Source: Octopus bimaculoides
Taxonomy: Eukaryota
Direction of reading: 5' to 3'
Length of the DNA stretch: 64,000 nt
NCBI RefSeq assembly: GCF_001194135.2
Contig: NC_068992.1
Span: forward strand, 4,789,493-4,853,492
The first letter of the stretch is position 1. Each line of letters starts with the position of its first letter. Shown piece by piece: positions 50,111 through 63,384 of the stretch. Below the pieces are notes generated by a model. The model was not told the origin of the DNA, made no database searches, and worked only from the letters and a program-made list of their open reading frames with translations. Made by a program: the position numbers and the translations under genes.

Positions 50111-52099
50111 TGAATGAATATATATATATATATATATATATATANNNNNNNNNNNNNNNNNNNNNNNNNNNNNNNNNNNNNNNNNNNNNNNNNNNNNNNN
50201 NNNNNNNNNNNNNNNNNNNNNNNNNNNNNNNNNNNNNNNNNNNNNNNNNNNNNNNNNNNNNNNNNNNNNNNNNNNNNNNNNNNNNNNNNNNNNNNNNNNN
50301 NNNNNNNNNNNNNNNNNNNNNNNNNNNNNNNNNNNNNNNNNNNNNNNNNNNNNNNNNNNNNNNNNNNNNNNNNNNNNNNNNNNNNNNNNNNNNNNNNNNN
50401 NNNNNNNNNNNNNNNNNNNNNNNNNNNNNNNNNNNNNNNNNNNNNNNNNNNNNNNNNNNNNNNNNNNNNNNNNNNNNNNNNNNNNNNNNNNNNNNNNNNN
50501 NNNNNNNNNNNNNNNNNNNNNNNNNNNNNNNNNNNNNNNNNNNNNNNNNNNNNNNNNNNNNNNNNNNNNNNNNNNNNNNNNNNNNNNNNNNNNNNNNNNN
50601 NNNNNNNNNNNNNNNNNNNNNNNNNNNNNNNNNNNNNNNNNNNNNNNNNNNNNNNNNNNNNNNNNNNNNNNNNNNNNNNNNNNNNNNNNNNNNNNNNNNN
50701 NNNNNNNNNNNNNNNNNNNNNNNNNNNNNNNNNNNNNNNNNNNNNNNNNNNNNNNNNNNNNNNNNNNNNNNNNNNNNNNNNNNNNNNNNNNNNNNNNNNN
50801 NNNNNNNNNNNNNNNNNNNTATATATATATATATATATCATACCACGCGAACTCTTCCGTCGCTATTTCACTCAACTGCGTACATCGTTTGCGTATCAGT
50901 GGTCAATGCGACGAATTGTTCAATCTTTCTTTCATTTGAAGAACAGAAAACCTAAACTAGGCAATATACTCACAACAACTGAACGTAACGTACGAAATAT
51001 TTCCATGGACTCTCTTTTGAATTAACTTTTACCTTGCAAATCAAGAGTAATTGCTTCGAAATCTGGGTTTTATGTGCTAATTTTAAAACTCATGTGTATG
51101 ATGGTTCAAATTATTTTGACAATATGCTTTTCAAACTTTCAACTTTTTGCCTGAAGCCATCCTGATCTTCATATTTTTGTAAGAATCTGCCATATTAGTT
51201 CAAGGACATTTTGGTTCAATTCACTCTAATAATTTGTATTTTGATAAAATTTGATTCAAGATTCGAATTTCGAATCAATTACTAATATTACGTGTGCGAT
51301 ATTAATTAGCAGTTTAGATATGCAGCGAGCAATTGATAAAAATGATAACGTCTAATAGTTTAAAGTATTAATCTGTATCCATTACAGATTACACAGCGAG
51401 GCATACACATATAAACATATACACATGTACAAACACGCACACAAACAACAATTAGAAAGACACCGTAGGTTATACAAATGTACACACCAATGGCAATGCG
51501 TTATACACGTTCTGACATGAAAATTGCAAAGCATGGATACAGATTAAATCTTTCAAGTAAAAATGCAATGGCAAAAATCCTGTTAGCCATGCGAACATTG
51601 TGCTAGAAGAGAACAATTATAATGAAATGTGAGCAGATGTCGAAACGGAAAATAAACAAAAACATAACATTAAATTACTGAGAAGAAAGATTCAAAATTT
51701 CAAAGTTTAAACGGTTCATAAATTATCATAAATATTTAAAAGGTTACAAATCTATTTAAGAAGTAAGTATGCCTGAAGAATTTTAACCTACGTGTGCAAA
51801 ATAGCACAACAATCATTTTTAATTATAGCTTATTTATATTCCATTCTGTACGAGAAAAAGTTAATTCTTTTTTTTTTTTTTTTTTTGTGGTTTCGATAGA
51901 ATGCGGTCATTAACAGTGTAACAGCGAAACGTAGCCGATCTTGTGAATGAGAGCGAATAGAGACCGAGAGTGGGGAAAACCGAAAAACTAACGAATAGAA
52001 AGCGTAGGATATATTTTTATTTCCAGTCCCGAAACTAAGAAGATCAAATTTGATCTCAGAATAGTGAGAGAGGAAAAAAAAATCCCAGGTCAATTTATC

Positions 52100-52312
52100 C
52101 TACTTTCAACGTATGACCCGTAGTCCCAGCTTTGGATGAACCTTGAATCTACTGTTCAAGTCGTTTGGGCATTGCTGGCGTTATATTCTCCACATTGTGC
52201 AAACGATGTACCACCCGCGGTGCTGGAGAGAGCAGAGTTTCAAGGCTTTAAGGCGGTCCCAGTAATCGAGATCAGCCATGCCCTTAATTCCTTCAGTGAA
52301 TGCCCTCTGGGG
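52100..52312 (-). mobile_element. CR1-type LINE ORF2 C-terminal remnant, 5'-truncated at a (CA)/(TA) microsatellite
   Basis: PQRAFTEGIKGMADLDYWDRLKALKLCSLQHRGWYIVCTMWRI*RQQCPNDLNSRFKVHPKLG matches the post-RT CR1/L2-group motif QRxxTxxIxGxxxLxYxxRLxxLxLxSLxxRR. Confidence 0.85.
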
Positions 52313-52330
52313 TACACACACACACACACA

Positions 52331-52396
<66 letters not shown>

Positions 52397-54039
52397 TCTC
52401 GCACCCGTACTTCTACTAAATATCGTAACAAAGGTAAAGGCACTCTATCTGAAATATCTCACCACATGTCATCAAGCAATATGCATGCCGCTTAGCGAAG
52501 AGCATCATAGAACAAGCAAAATAAATACAAGTCACTAGATGAGCATATATACAATTTCTAAAGTGTCATCCGTGTCGACAGGTTAGCGCATAACACTTGA
52601 CATACATGCCAGATATGGAACTCTTAGCTCCCGAGACACATTTGATTTCCACCAAATACAAATATATAAGTGTGTGTTTGAATGTGTACTTATACACCTA
52701 TTTCATATGCAAGTATATATGTGTGCATCATTCATGTATATGTGTGCGTGCATGATTGCATGCACAAACACACACAAACACGCAAACATAGGCACATGCA
52801 TGTATACGCACCATCATGCATATACAAATACATAAATGAAACATGAATAATCAATAGAATGACATAAATACTGAAGAGAACTTAGTAACTTTGCAGTATC
52901 ACTAATAACTATCTATGCACGTCTTGTAGTAATAATGACATATTCGCAGCAGAGAGAAAGGATGTCTTCTGTAAAAGCATTAACAATTCTAATGAAGCCT
53001 ACGGGATAATGTTAAATATTCAGATAACGATCAGATACATTAAATTCACTTGGTTAACTGAATTTCTAAATCTTTGGTTAATTACATCCAAATGACTGGG
53101 AGTATATTAAATTGCCATTGTATGATGTACAAGTAAAGAGGAACTAATGCAAGAATTACAAAGTGTTAGAGTGGGCTGAAAGAACACAATATCGTTTCTA
53201 TAGTTACAAGTGACACGTGCTTGTCTAAACCTGATCACCGAAGCGCCTCGTCGAAATTCGTTTTAACGTAATTTATTCACGAAAATGATTTTTATAACAA
53301 AAACAATAACAAATATTTCAAGGAAATACTCTCACAAAAACGCATATTTAAGCATTCACATAAATACATTCAGATATACATATAAATGCATTACTTGCTT
53401 TCGATGTGTCTTGATATCGGTGCATGTGTGAATCGAATATAGGATAGTAGTAATTATGTTTCTGCTAGCCATAACATGACATGATACTTATTATAATAGA
53501 ACTGTAACTTGCTATTGATTCCATAAGAAGAGAGCTATCATTTACATATCTGAATACAACGTTTTGAATTTTGAAATTCCTTCAGACATTAATCGTTCAG
53601 ACGGTTGGAAGCAAATTTCATATACTTTACTTACCCTCAATAAAATATTGAACGCTATTAGGAGAATATGCCTCGTATTCATACGGTTACGCGATTTCCA
53701 GCATCAGATACTAAGTTTACGAGGTATATATAATACTTATGTTTGCTGATTTATTTCTCCCGCAGTTAAGGTGTTTGAAACGCATGTCTCAAACAGTGCG
53801 AGTTATGCGTGTACATTCATTCGGTGTTGTTTAATTTCAGCTTCTTATCGTACTTGTTATGTCAAAACGGTTGCGTCTGATTGAGACTTCCACAAGTTTC
53901 CTACAATTTATACTTTACAAGGAATACCGACTGAAAAATGTTTCATGTAAAAACCTAAGAATCTGGCGATCAGGAAGATATTCTATATAGAACGTTGTAG
54001 CATTTCTAGATTACTATACTTACTGTTAATTATTTATTG

Positions 54040-54310
54040 ACCACGAACTGCCTCGCATTATTCATATTATTTACATTTCACAGATATTTCTCTTCATCTT
54101 GTTTGTTGTTAACTCTCCAGCCTTCATCAGGTGTCTTCGGGAAATTTCGAACATGGGTTCTCACTCCTAAATTATTTTTCGATGTTAATAATTTTATTAT
54201 TATTCAGGTCACTGCTTGGAATCGAACTCGGAATCTTAACCACTACGCCATACGCGTGGGCAATTGTAGAGTAAATTTTAGGGTTTATCAATCTAATATT
54301 CTCATATATA
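54040..54310 (-). mobile_element. SINE-like repeat with a tRNA-type Pol III head and a hammerhead-like core, both internally deleted
   Basis: Minus strand: A-box TGGCGTAGTGG (54250-54240), B-box GTTCGATTCC (54227-54218) only 12 nt later, an AAT-rich linker, then CACCTGATGAAGGCTGGAGAG (core CTGATGA at 54130-54124) with no GAAAC. A tail homolog lies at 10886-10937. Confidence 0.65.
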
Positions 54311-54489
54311 TATGTATATAGCAATGGATATATATGTATATCGAAATATATCTACTAAATGACAATTGCTTGCCAAACGGTAAGTTAATGATAGAGGCCA
54401 TATTGGGAATATCTATAGCTAATATTATTTGATTTAAGTACCATTTAAGCAGTATTTACATAAAAACATACCACGCAATTTTACCTGTT

Positions 54490-54740
<251 letters not shown>

Positions 54741-57700
54741 ATACAAACATACATAAATATATGTATATATGTGTGTGTGTATTCGTACATATATACTTAT
54801 GTATATATACTTATGTATGTGCTTATATATACTTATGCATATATGCTTATTTATGTGCTTATACATACTCGTGTCCATTCATGTATGTATATGATTTGCC
54901 GTAAATAATTACTTACACTAAATATAACAATGTGGAACATGTTACCATTGATGGCTCTGCTGCTAATTAGTAATTACTTGGAGATAAAACCAATATCTGT
55001 GAAATGGACACATAATATATCGCAAATATACTAAAATGAATAATATATTGGTGTATTTAACTCACATACATTGTTGGTGAATTGTCAATACATGTATAGG
55101 AACAAATATGTCTCCCTTCCTTCTCGTCTTTCTGCTCTTTTTCTTGCTTTTCTACACCTCTAATTTTTTCTTTCCTACACTTCCTATCCGTTCTCTTCTC
55201 ACTGCATAAGGGAACCAGAACACTGCTTCTATGTTATATAAATTCAAATAGGTTTTATTTTGGTGATAATGATAAAATGCTGGACAGGGATGTCAGACGC
55301 ACGTACACAATCACACCCACCCACTTACATGAATTCTCACATACACACACGCATGTACAAATAAAAAGATACGGATGTATCCACATAGGTGTATATATAT
55401 ATATATATATATATATNNNNNNNNNNNNNNNNNNNNNNNNNNNNNNNNNNNNNNNNNNNNNNNNNNNNNNNNNNNNNNNNNNNNNNNNNNNNNNNNNNNN
55501 NNNNNNNNNNNNNNNNNNNNNNNNNNNNNNNNNNNNNNNNNNNNNNNNNNNNNNNNNNNNNNNNNNNNNNNNNNNNNNNNNNNNNNNNNNNNNNNNNNNN
55601 NNNNNNNNNNNNNNNNNNNNNNNNNNNNNNNNNNNNNNNNNNNNNNNNNNNNNNNNNNNNNNNNNNNNNNNNNNNNNNNNNNNNNNNNNNNNNNNNNNNN
55701 NNNNNNNNNNNNNNNNNNNNNNNNNNNNNNNNNNNNNNNNNNNNNNNNNNNNNNNNNNNNNNNNNNNNNNNNNNNNNNNNNNNNNNNNNNNNNNNNNNNN
55801 NNNNNNNNNNNNNNNNNNNNNNNNNNNNNNNNNNNNNNNNNNNNNNNNNNNNNNNNNNNNNNNNNNNNNNNNNNNNNNNNNNNNNNNNNNNNNNNNNNNN
55901 NNNNNNNNNNNNNNNNNNNNNNNNNNNNNNNNNNNNNNNNNNNNNNNNNNNNNNNNNNNNNNNNNNNNNNNNNNNNNNNNNNNNNNNNNNNNNNNNNNNN
56001 NNNNNNNNNNNNNNNNNNNNNNNNNNNNNNNNNNNNNNNNNNNNNNNNNNNNNNNNNNNNNNNNNNNNNNNNNNNNNNNNNNNNNNNNNNNNNNNNNNNN
56101 NNNNNNNNNNNNNNNNNNNNNNNNNNNNNNNNNNNNNNNNNNNNNNNNNNNNNNNNNNNNNNNNNTATATATATATATATGCCCATATGTGTGCGTGTGT
56201 AAACTACGAAATAGAATTAAACACAGGTGTTGTTCAAATCTTTACACCGTTGACATATGTGTCGAAGAAAGCATTGGTATTATTCCCGAGGGAATAAAAT
56301 GATGTAAGGCAATGTAATTATCTCGTGCGGGAAAAAGAGAAACAAAATACATCAATATGCCATTTTAACCGAATGTGATTATTGCGTATACGATAAAGGG
56401 AACGCTGTCAAGTTATTTTTTAAAAAAACACCGTTAGCCTAATAAACAATTTGGTTTCGAATGGAATATTCTTTCTAGATCCGTTCCATATGATAAAGGG
56501 AATCCGTGTGTCCGCTCTGTACCGAGGAACAGTCTCTCATTCTGTTCTCATGGAATTCTCTTATAAATACCTTGAAAGAATGCGTTTACCGTTGCAAACA
56601 TTGGCAAAAAGATACCTTTAGTTCCTATAAGTAGTTTCTACCAATCTATAAAATTTGACTTTTGACTCTCTTTTTATATTTCATTTCCACAACTTATACA
56701 TATTTACATGCCTTGAGTCTTTATTTCCTCTTATCTATCGCACAATATTTCTCCCCTCTTAATTTTCTGTTAACTTCTTTCTTTCTCCACCTTCTCTTTC
56801 TCTAAATTGCCTTTTATGTTATATCAACGGTTTAAAAAAAAATAACTTGCTAGCGTTCCATTTCATCATATACGTTCCCTTCATTTTATTCCGTCAGAAA
56901 TAATACCAATGTTTGCTTCGAAACATATGTCGGAAGTATACAGATTTGAATGTCACCTGCCTTTCGCTCCATTTCTTAATTTATCTATGTTATTAAAGAT
57001 ATTTCACTAAACTCTGGAACATCTACCTTTATGAGTAGACTGTAACATTCTCAGTACTTATATGAATTTTTGCTACCCTGGTAACTATTTATTTATTATT
57101 CCGTGTTCTTTGTACAGATTGAAAAATTGCACATACATTCATATATATTTGTATATATATACATATATATATATTTATATGAAGACGATGGTGTCATTTT
57201 ATGTGAGGCAAAATACACGGCTTGTAATTGTAAGTGAGGGATGGTGTACACGTCCTCACATTTCCATGAATTTTCGCAGTCAACACTGTATAGCTATACA
57301 GTTTTGTTTAGAATCAAAATCTGCATGACACATTTCATGTTATTACCAAAGTGAATTAAAGAAACTCAACATAACAATGAAGAGATATTAGTGTGTTACC
57401 AAATATATGCGACTAGCACATGTTATTGTTGACTAAATGTCCGTTAGATGCAACATGGTTCTAATTGAATCTAATGAAATGCAAGCTCATCGATTGCTTT
57501 CATAATAATGCTTCTCTAAACAGCTTCAGTGAAAAGGATCTTTTATTTCTTTAAAAAAAAAATATCTCAGAAACGGCGTTCCGAGTTTGTTATGTTTCGT
57601 ATAAGTGTGCCTCTTATATGGCCATCATTTCGGTTTATTTTTTCTCATTTACATTTACTATAAGTGAGAAGAAATAGAAATCAATGAACCATTGAATGAA

Positions 57701-58639
57701 GAGAATAAATGGGATATTTTCGAATGACTCCCCTCCCACCTTTTTGTAAATCGATGCAAAAAAGATATGCTAACTTTCAGAAAATTTTGTTATAAAACGT
57801 ATGAGTATAATTAACATATATGGTTAATTAGATGATAGAAACGGAGGACGTGTAACATTGACGAAGAAATCAATGATCATAATAGTAGACCAATCAATAA
57901 AATCAGAGACAATGTGGCCTAAATCTCAAGTCTTTAATGGACAGAGTCTATGCAGTAATAGCCTGAATGACATTATCAAGGAGAAACCATAACATGATTT
58001 ACAAATTGCCTCTAAGAAACATCTTAATCATTAATATTGATTTATATAATCAATAGAAAATAATAATTGATTATTGATAGCTAACATAAAATGGAGCCAA
58101 ACAAAAGATATAATTTATTGACATTTTATGAGCACTTTTATGCTCGATAGAGTTGCGAAGCAAATAATTTAGTTTCAAGTTTTACAACGAATACAAATTT
58201 AATGATGAATTGACGAAAAAAAAAAAAACGAGAAAAAATATTATCGCTAACCCTCTTTCTCTTTCAGCATTTTGAATTTAATTTGTGATTGCCCATAAAT
58301 TACACACTACGATTATAATACATATAATTGGACAAAACTGATATAAAGACAGTTATGAAGCATTCTAGCATATTAAGTTTTAGTGCGCAATGATTGTCAT
58401 CATCCGCGGTAGAAAATTCTAACCCGATTTATGTTTCATCCTACGGCATTTATCTGCTAATTAGAATTTCTGAAATATTAAAATGCCTTTTTCAGATTTT
58501 GAGCATAAAGTATGAACCATCTCAGAGACGTTCATGTTGATAATAATGTCCTTGGTAGAAATTGGAGCAATAATGTGTTATCGGCTCAACATTGACAGAA
58601 GTTCACAACCTTTTAGCGATTGTACAGTTATTTGAAATC

Positions 58640-58790
58640 ATTTCTTCGCCAATACTTATCGACCGATTAGGAAGAAAATTTAAGACAAACGACGTGAGGA
58701 TCAGAACTCAAAGGCACGATTCTCTATTGTAGAAGTGATCTAATCTGTGTCTGTAACAATTCTGACGCACCCGAATTACGCTGGTGATGA
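58640..58790 (-). mobile_element. Degenerate SINE family B fragment
   Basis: ATACTTATCGACC...GGATCAGAACTCAAAGG...ACAATTCTGAC follows the family B block order. Confidence 0.35.
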
Positions 58791-59325
58791 ATAGTATCAA
58801 CATGTGAAAATCCGCACTAAACAAATATAACTGAAAAGGCTTCTAATTAATTGAATCGTGTTCAGAATTTTAATTGTAATGATTTCATCGATCGTAAGAG
58901 GAAATGAAAGCCAATCTCAGAGATATCTGATCTGAGAAACGACAGGATTATAATGGAAATGAATTGGAAGTGTTTCATTTTATCAATACGAATAACTACT
59001 GTATAATATAAATCACTGTAAAATATAACAATAATAGTCCAATAGAAATCCAGCAATTTTGAATGGAGATCGTTAATTTTTTTTACCCCAAGCCCCACTA
59101 TATGACTGGTACTCACTTGTATGAGTCCATGATGGATGAATCACAATGTTAGCTTAAGCTGATTCTGAAAACGGATCGTTTAGAAGTTGAGATGAAAATG
59201 AACATATGAATTCTAATACTCGTGTAGTAAATTATTAATTCCAGATTGTTAATACTCTCAGATTTGTAAACGGAACATACAGATGCGTATACAAATCAGT
59301 GATCTACAAAATCCAAAGCGAAGAT

Positions 59326-59398
<73 letters not shown>

Positions 59399-59458
59399 CA
59401 CCACTACAGCAGCAGCAGCAGCAGCAGCAACAACAGAAGGAACTACAACAACAACATC

Positions 59459-59551
<93 letters not shown>
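59326..59551 (+). repeat. Compound trinucleotide array (CTA)(CCA)(GCA)(CAA)(TAA)(TGA)
   Basis: Directly visible. Confidence 0.97.
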
Positions 59552-60894
59552 AGTGCTGGTAACACCACGAGCATCAAACTACAAACAGTAAGAGGAATAG
59601 GGTGATAAAAACGTAAAAGAAGACAAAAGGAAGAAAGTTTTAAGAAATAACCAACAAGGCACAATGCATTCATCCTGCAAATCTTATCGCTTGTTTATCG
59701 CAAGTCTGTCAGTACCGTCAACAGGAAGGAGACAGAAGATTTCTCAATGCAAGATACAGCATCAGTGCTTCAATATTGAATTTGAAAATCTATGTTATGC
59801 TTGGTGAAGAAATAATCATATCTGTGGAAAAAATGTCGAAGAAGCCAACGTGAGGCTGAAGAATTCACGAACAAAAGGAAAGCAAAATACGCAAGTAGAC
59901 AGAGAAATATTTATACGAACAGGTATCATACAAAAATTGCTGAAACGCAGACAAACAACAAGCGCAAAATGTGTGAACGTGAGTTGGAGTGTACTAACCA
60001 TGTACTAAGTGAATATTTTAAGCAAGCACAAAGAAAAAAAAAGCATTGTAAACTGGTGGTTCTAGTTAAACGTTGCAATGGGATGTTTAACATGTAAGTG
60101 GATTCGAATGGTATAAACACTAACCAGGGGCTATAATGTGAATGACAACCACGAGATCTTTTCTAGATTTCTCCATACATATTAACACACCGTTGAAGCA
60201 AAGAGTTCAAACATGACTGTAAAGTACATGAAAACACAGGAAATGCAAATTATAGATTTGGGAATGTCATATATTATTGAGTAAATATGTTAGGGATTTA
60301 GAAATTTTAGAATTATCAGGTCCTTGACATGAAGAGATTAGGAAAGTATGTAATTTGTTCCTGTGATAATTTGGGAACAGAAAACAACCCTTAAAATGTT
60401 CTTACCACTACGCCAGTGAAAATCGAAATAAAATAATTAAAGCAACAAATGCAAAAGCCAAAGAACTGTTAATTGCTTAAATATCACTTGCAATATTGAC
60501 TTTGTAGATAAAACAGCGTTCAGACTGCCGTATAGGTGTCAACATGAGGTATGTACTATGGAAGAGTACATTGTGCTTATCCTAATGTGAAAGTGTTGGT
60601 GTGCAAAAAGCTTAAGGTTAACTGTGATGTCCGATTACACTGGAAGTTGTATATATTGTAGGCTGAACAGCTACCCTTCATTTTATTGACCTCATGACAA
60701 TTTTGAAAATTTCACTGTGTTAAGATTCACTATTAATCAATTTTCCTTATTTAGAATCTAGATTCTTTTAATAAAAGAAAAAGCATATTGACGTGACATT
60801 TAAATTTTAAATAATGACTTTTCATGTATAGAGGCACAGCTTGAGCAAGGGCTGGTTGAACGGTTTGCTTCAATGTGGTTATCGAATAAATATT

Positions 60895-60995
60895 GATTTC
60901 AAATTTTGCCACAATGCCAGTCATTTCAGGGGATGAGTTTACTCAAACCAAGCATTTTATGCGATGTGTTCACAATTCTGCCAGTTCAAGAAAAT
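60895..60995 (-). mobile_element. SINE family B fragment (tail joined to head end)
   Basis: TTCAAATTTTGCCACAATGCCAGTCATTTCAGGGGA resembles 16650-16690; AAGCATTTT...ACAATTCTGCCAGTTC resembles the head end. Confidence 0.45.
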
Positions 60996-61283
60996 AAGAA
61001 AACATTCACGATATTTCACAGCTTATATTTCAAATATCAATCAATCAATCCATCCATCCATCCATCCATCTATCCGTCCGTCCATCCATCCATCCATCCA
61101 TCCATCTATCTATCTAAAAAAAAAATAAAACAAAAAGGCAAAAGAGAGTCACTTACTGTTATAGTTTCTTCAATGAGAATATTGACCAAGGTTACCGTGG
61201 TCTTTTCCGTGGGCTTTTCCTTCCACGGCTAAACCTAAACTGTCCTCCCCTCTTTTTACACGAGAACATTACTGTGTGATACA

Positions 61284-61382
61284 CGATCCCTATTGATCGG
61301 CCTTTCCTTTTCTTTTTTTTTCTTTTTCGATCCCTTTTGATCGAACTGCCCCTTTTTCCCTTCCTACGATCCCTTTTGATCG
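61284..61382. repeat. Three copies of a 16-bp hairpin motif CGATC-CCT(A/T)TT-GATCG with pyrimidine spacers
   Basis: Copies at 61284-61299, 61328-61343 and 61367-61382. Confidence 0.85.
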
Positions 61383-61389
61383 ACACCAC

Positions 61390-61420
<31 letters not shown>

Positions 61421-61455
61421 NNNNNNNNNNNNNNNNNNNNNNNNNNNNNNNNNNN

Positions 61456-61532
61456 TCCCCCTCCCAAAAAGAAAAGCTCTACATTGTATTTGTCCCATCT
61501 TCGTTGAGCCCTGTGTGGCTAATAAAAGAAAT
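61456..61532 (+). mobile_element. Probable SINE 3' tail
   Basis: TTTGTCCCATCTTCGTTGAGCCCTGTGTGGCTAATAAAAGAAAT followed by (TATC)n resembles a recalled octopus SINE tail variant. Confidence 0.45.
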
Positions 61533-62365
61533 GTATCTATCTATCTATCTATCTATCTACACACATCCACTCAACTTTCTAGCACAGATATACCATTTTA
61601 AAGCAAGCGTTTCATAACTTCGTAAGATTACTATTTTCTTTTTAATCTGCAAGCAAATACACCGATGCACTTACAGAATTGAAATGTTTTTATTGACTCT
61701 GGAGGGATAAAATAAAATATTCGGCATTGTGCAGGGAATATGTGATGTAAATGTACCAAATGAATACAGTAAGATCTGTTCATCTGTGCACTATCGAAGT
61801 TTTCATTCACCATCTCGTTATAATATAACGACAATCGATAAATGCTGCAGAAGTTGAATTTTGTTTGGTTGTATAAATAGGGTATAGTATATTCTTATTA
61901 ATTAATTCTTATTACTGAACGTGATGAATCTGGTTACCGACGTGTAACAATATATTAAATCGTGTACAACAGTGAATATGTATATGTATAATGCATATTA
62001 TAAGCGGCAGATTCACCAATGCAATTATTTTAAATTCTCCTATCAGTGAATTATTTTCCTACACGTAATCTCTTACACAGTTGTTTTATGACCTTCTAGG
62101 CTGTTTAATAAAGCGAAACAAATTGTTATACTCTCAAATTCCGGCTCACTCATGCCTCCTTAACTCCATTTAATTGTAATCAATCTAAATATCAAATTTT
62201 ATTCCATTAACTCTCTCTTGAAGGAATTACTATTCTTTCTATATTGTCTTCTTTTAATGGGTGTCATTTCAAATGAGAAAATATATTTTATTCTCTATAT
62301 TATATATTGCGATTTTTAATTCGATGTTTCTTCCAAATGGTTGGAGTTCGACTTGAATTATTTAA

Positions 62366-62455
62366 GCAGGTATAACGGTGTGGTTAAGAAGCTAACTTTG
62401 CAAGCGCATCGTTTTAGGATCAATCCCACTGCGCGGCAAGTTGGACATATAGCCT
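62366..62455 (+). mobile_element. SINE family A head, diverged
   Basis: GTGTGGTTAAGAAGCT...CAATCCCACTGCGCGGCA matches 1428-1490 and 11198-11258. Confidence 0.65.
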
Positions 62456-62959
62456 ATAATCTCATATTTACCAATCACTTGCGCAGGTTTTCGTTTTGAC
62501 AATGCAGCCTTCGTATTTAGCGTTAGAGAATTGGTCCAGGGTCAATCGAACTCAGTTCATCGGTTATGATGATGATGATGATGATGATGATGATGGTGAT
62601 GGAAATGATGCAAATAATACTCTAATTTCATACAAAGAAAAAGAGTATTCCTTAATTTCCCGTGCTTGAAAATAACATTTGTAGCCTTTCCAACGGTGAG
62701 AGCAGCTAATTCAGAGTTATATCAAAATTAGTAAAAACTGTATTCTGAAAATTTATCAAAACTTTATCTTATATTTCTGGAAATAAATAAAAATTACTAT
62801 CTCAGTGGAAGAGCAACACTGGAGAATGTAGAGATTCGTAAACATAATACATTTTCTGAAGTCATCTCGCTAGTGAACAAGGGAAACAAGAAAGGAAATT
62901 ACATTTGATTTGAAAACACGATAATACTTAATAATACTTACCAACGGAAGAGATTACAT

Positions 62960-63000
62960 TGAGAACCGATTTGGTAGACGGAAACTGAAAGAAGCCTGCC

Positions 63001-63043
<43 letters not shown>
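62960..63043 (+). mobile_element. SINE family A core end plus (TA)n before a gap
   Basis: GATTTGGTAGACGGAAACTGAAAGAAGCCTGCC. Confidence 0.75.
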
Positions 63044-63350
63044 NNNNNNNNNNNNNNNNNNNNNNNNNNNNNNNNNNNNNNNNNNNNNNNNNNNNNNNNN
63101 NNNNNNNNNNNNNNNNNNNNNNNNNNNNNNNNNNNNNNNNNNNNNNNNNNNNNNNNNNNNNNNNNNNNNNNNNNNNNNNNNNNNNNNNNNNNNNNNNNNN
63201 NNNNNNNNNNNNNNNNNNNNNNNNNNNNNNNNNNNNNNNNNNNNNNNNNNNNNNNNNNNNNNNNNNNNNNNNNNNNNNNNNNNNNNNNNNNNNNNNNNNN
63301 NNNNNNATATATATAGGTATTCATATATACAATTACTTATATATACGTAT

Positions 63351-63384
<34 letters not shown>

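Noticed and set aside
53230-53260. CTGATCACCGAAGCGCCTCGTCGAAAT as a hammerhead
   Set aside because: The invariant G8 is missing and there is no cleavage triplet in position.
54218-54250. tRNA gene
   Set aside because: A and B boxes are only 12 nt apart with no anticodon arm or acceptor stem; treated as a SINE head.
59283-59591. 102-aa homopolymer-run ORF
   Set aside because: Compound microsatellite.
61284-61382. CRISPR array
   Set aside because: Eukaryotic context, no cas genes, 16-bp repeats and low-complexity spacers.
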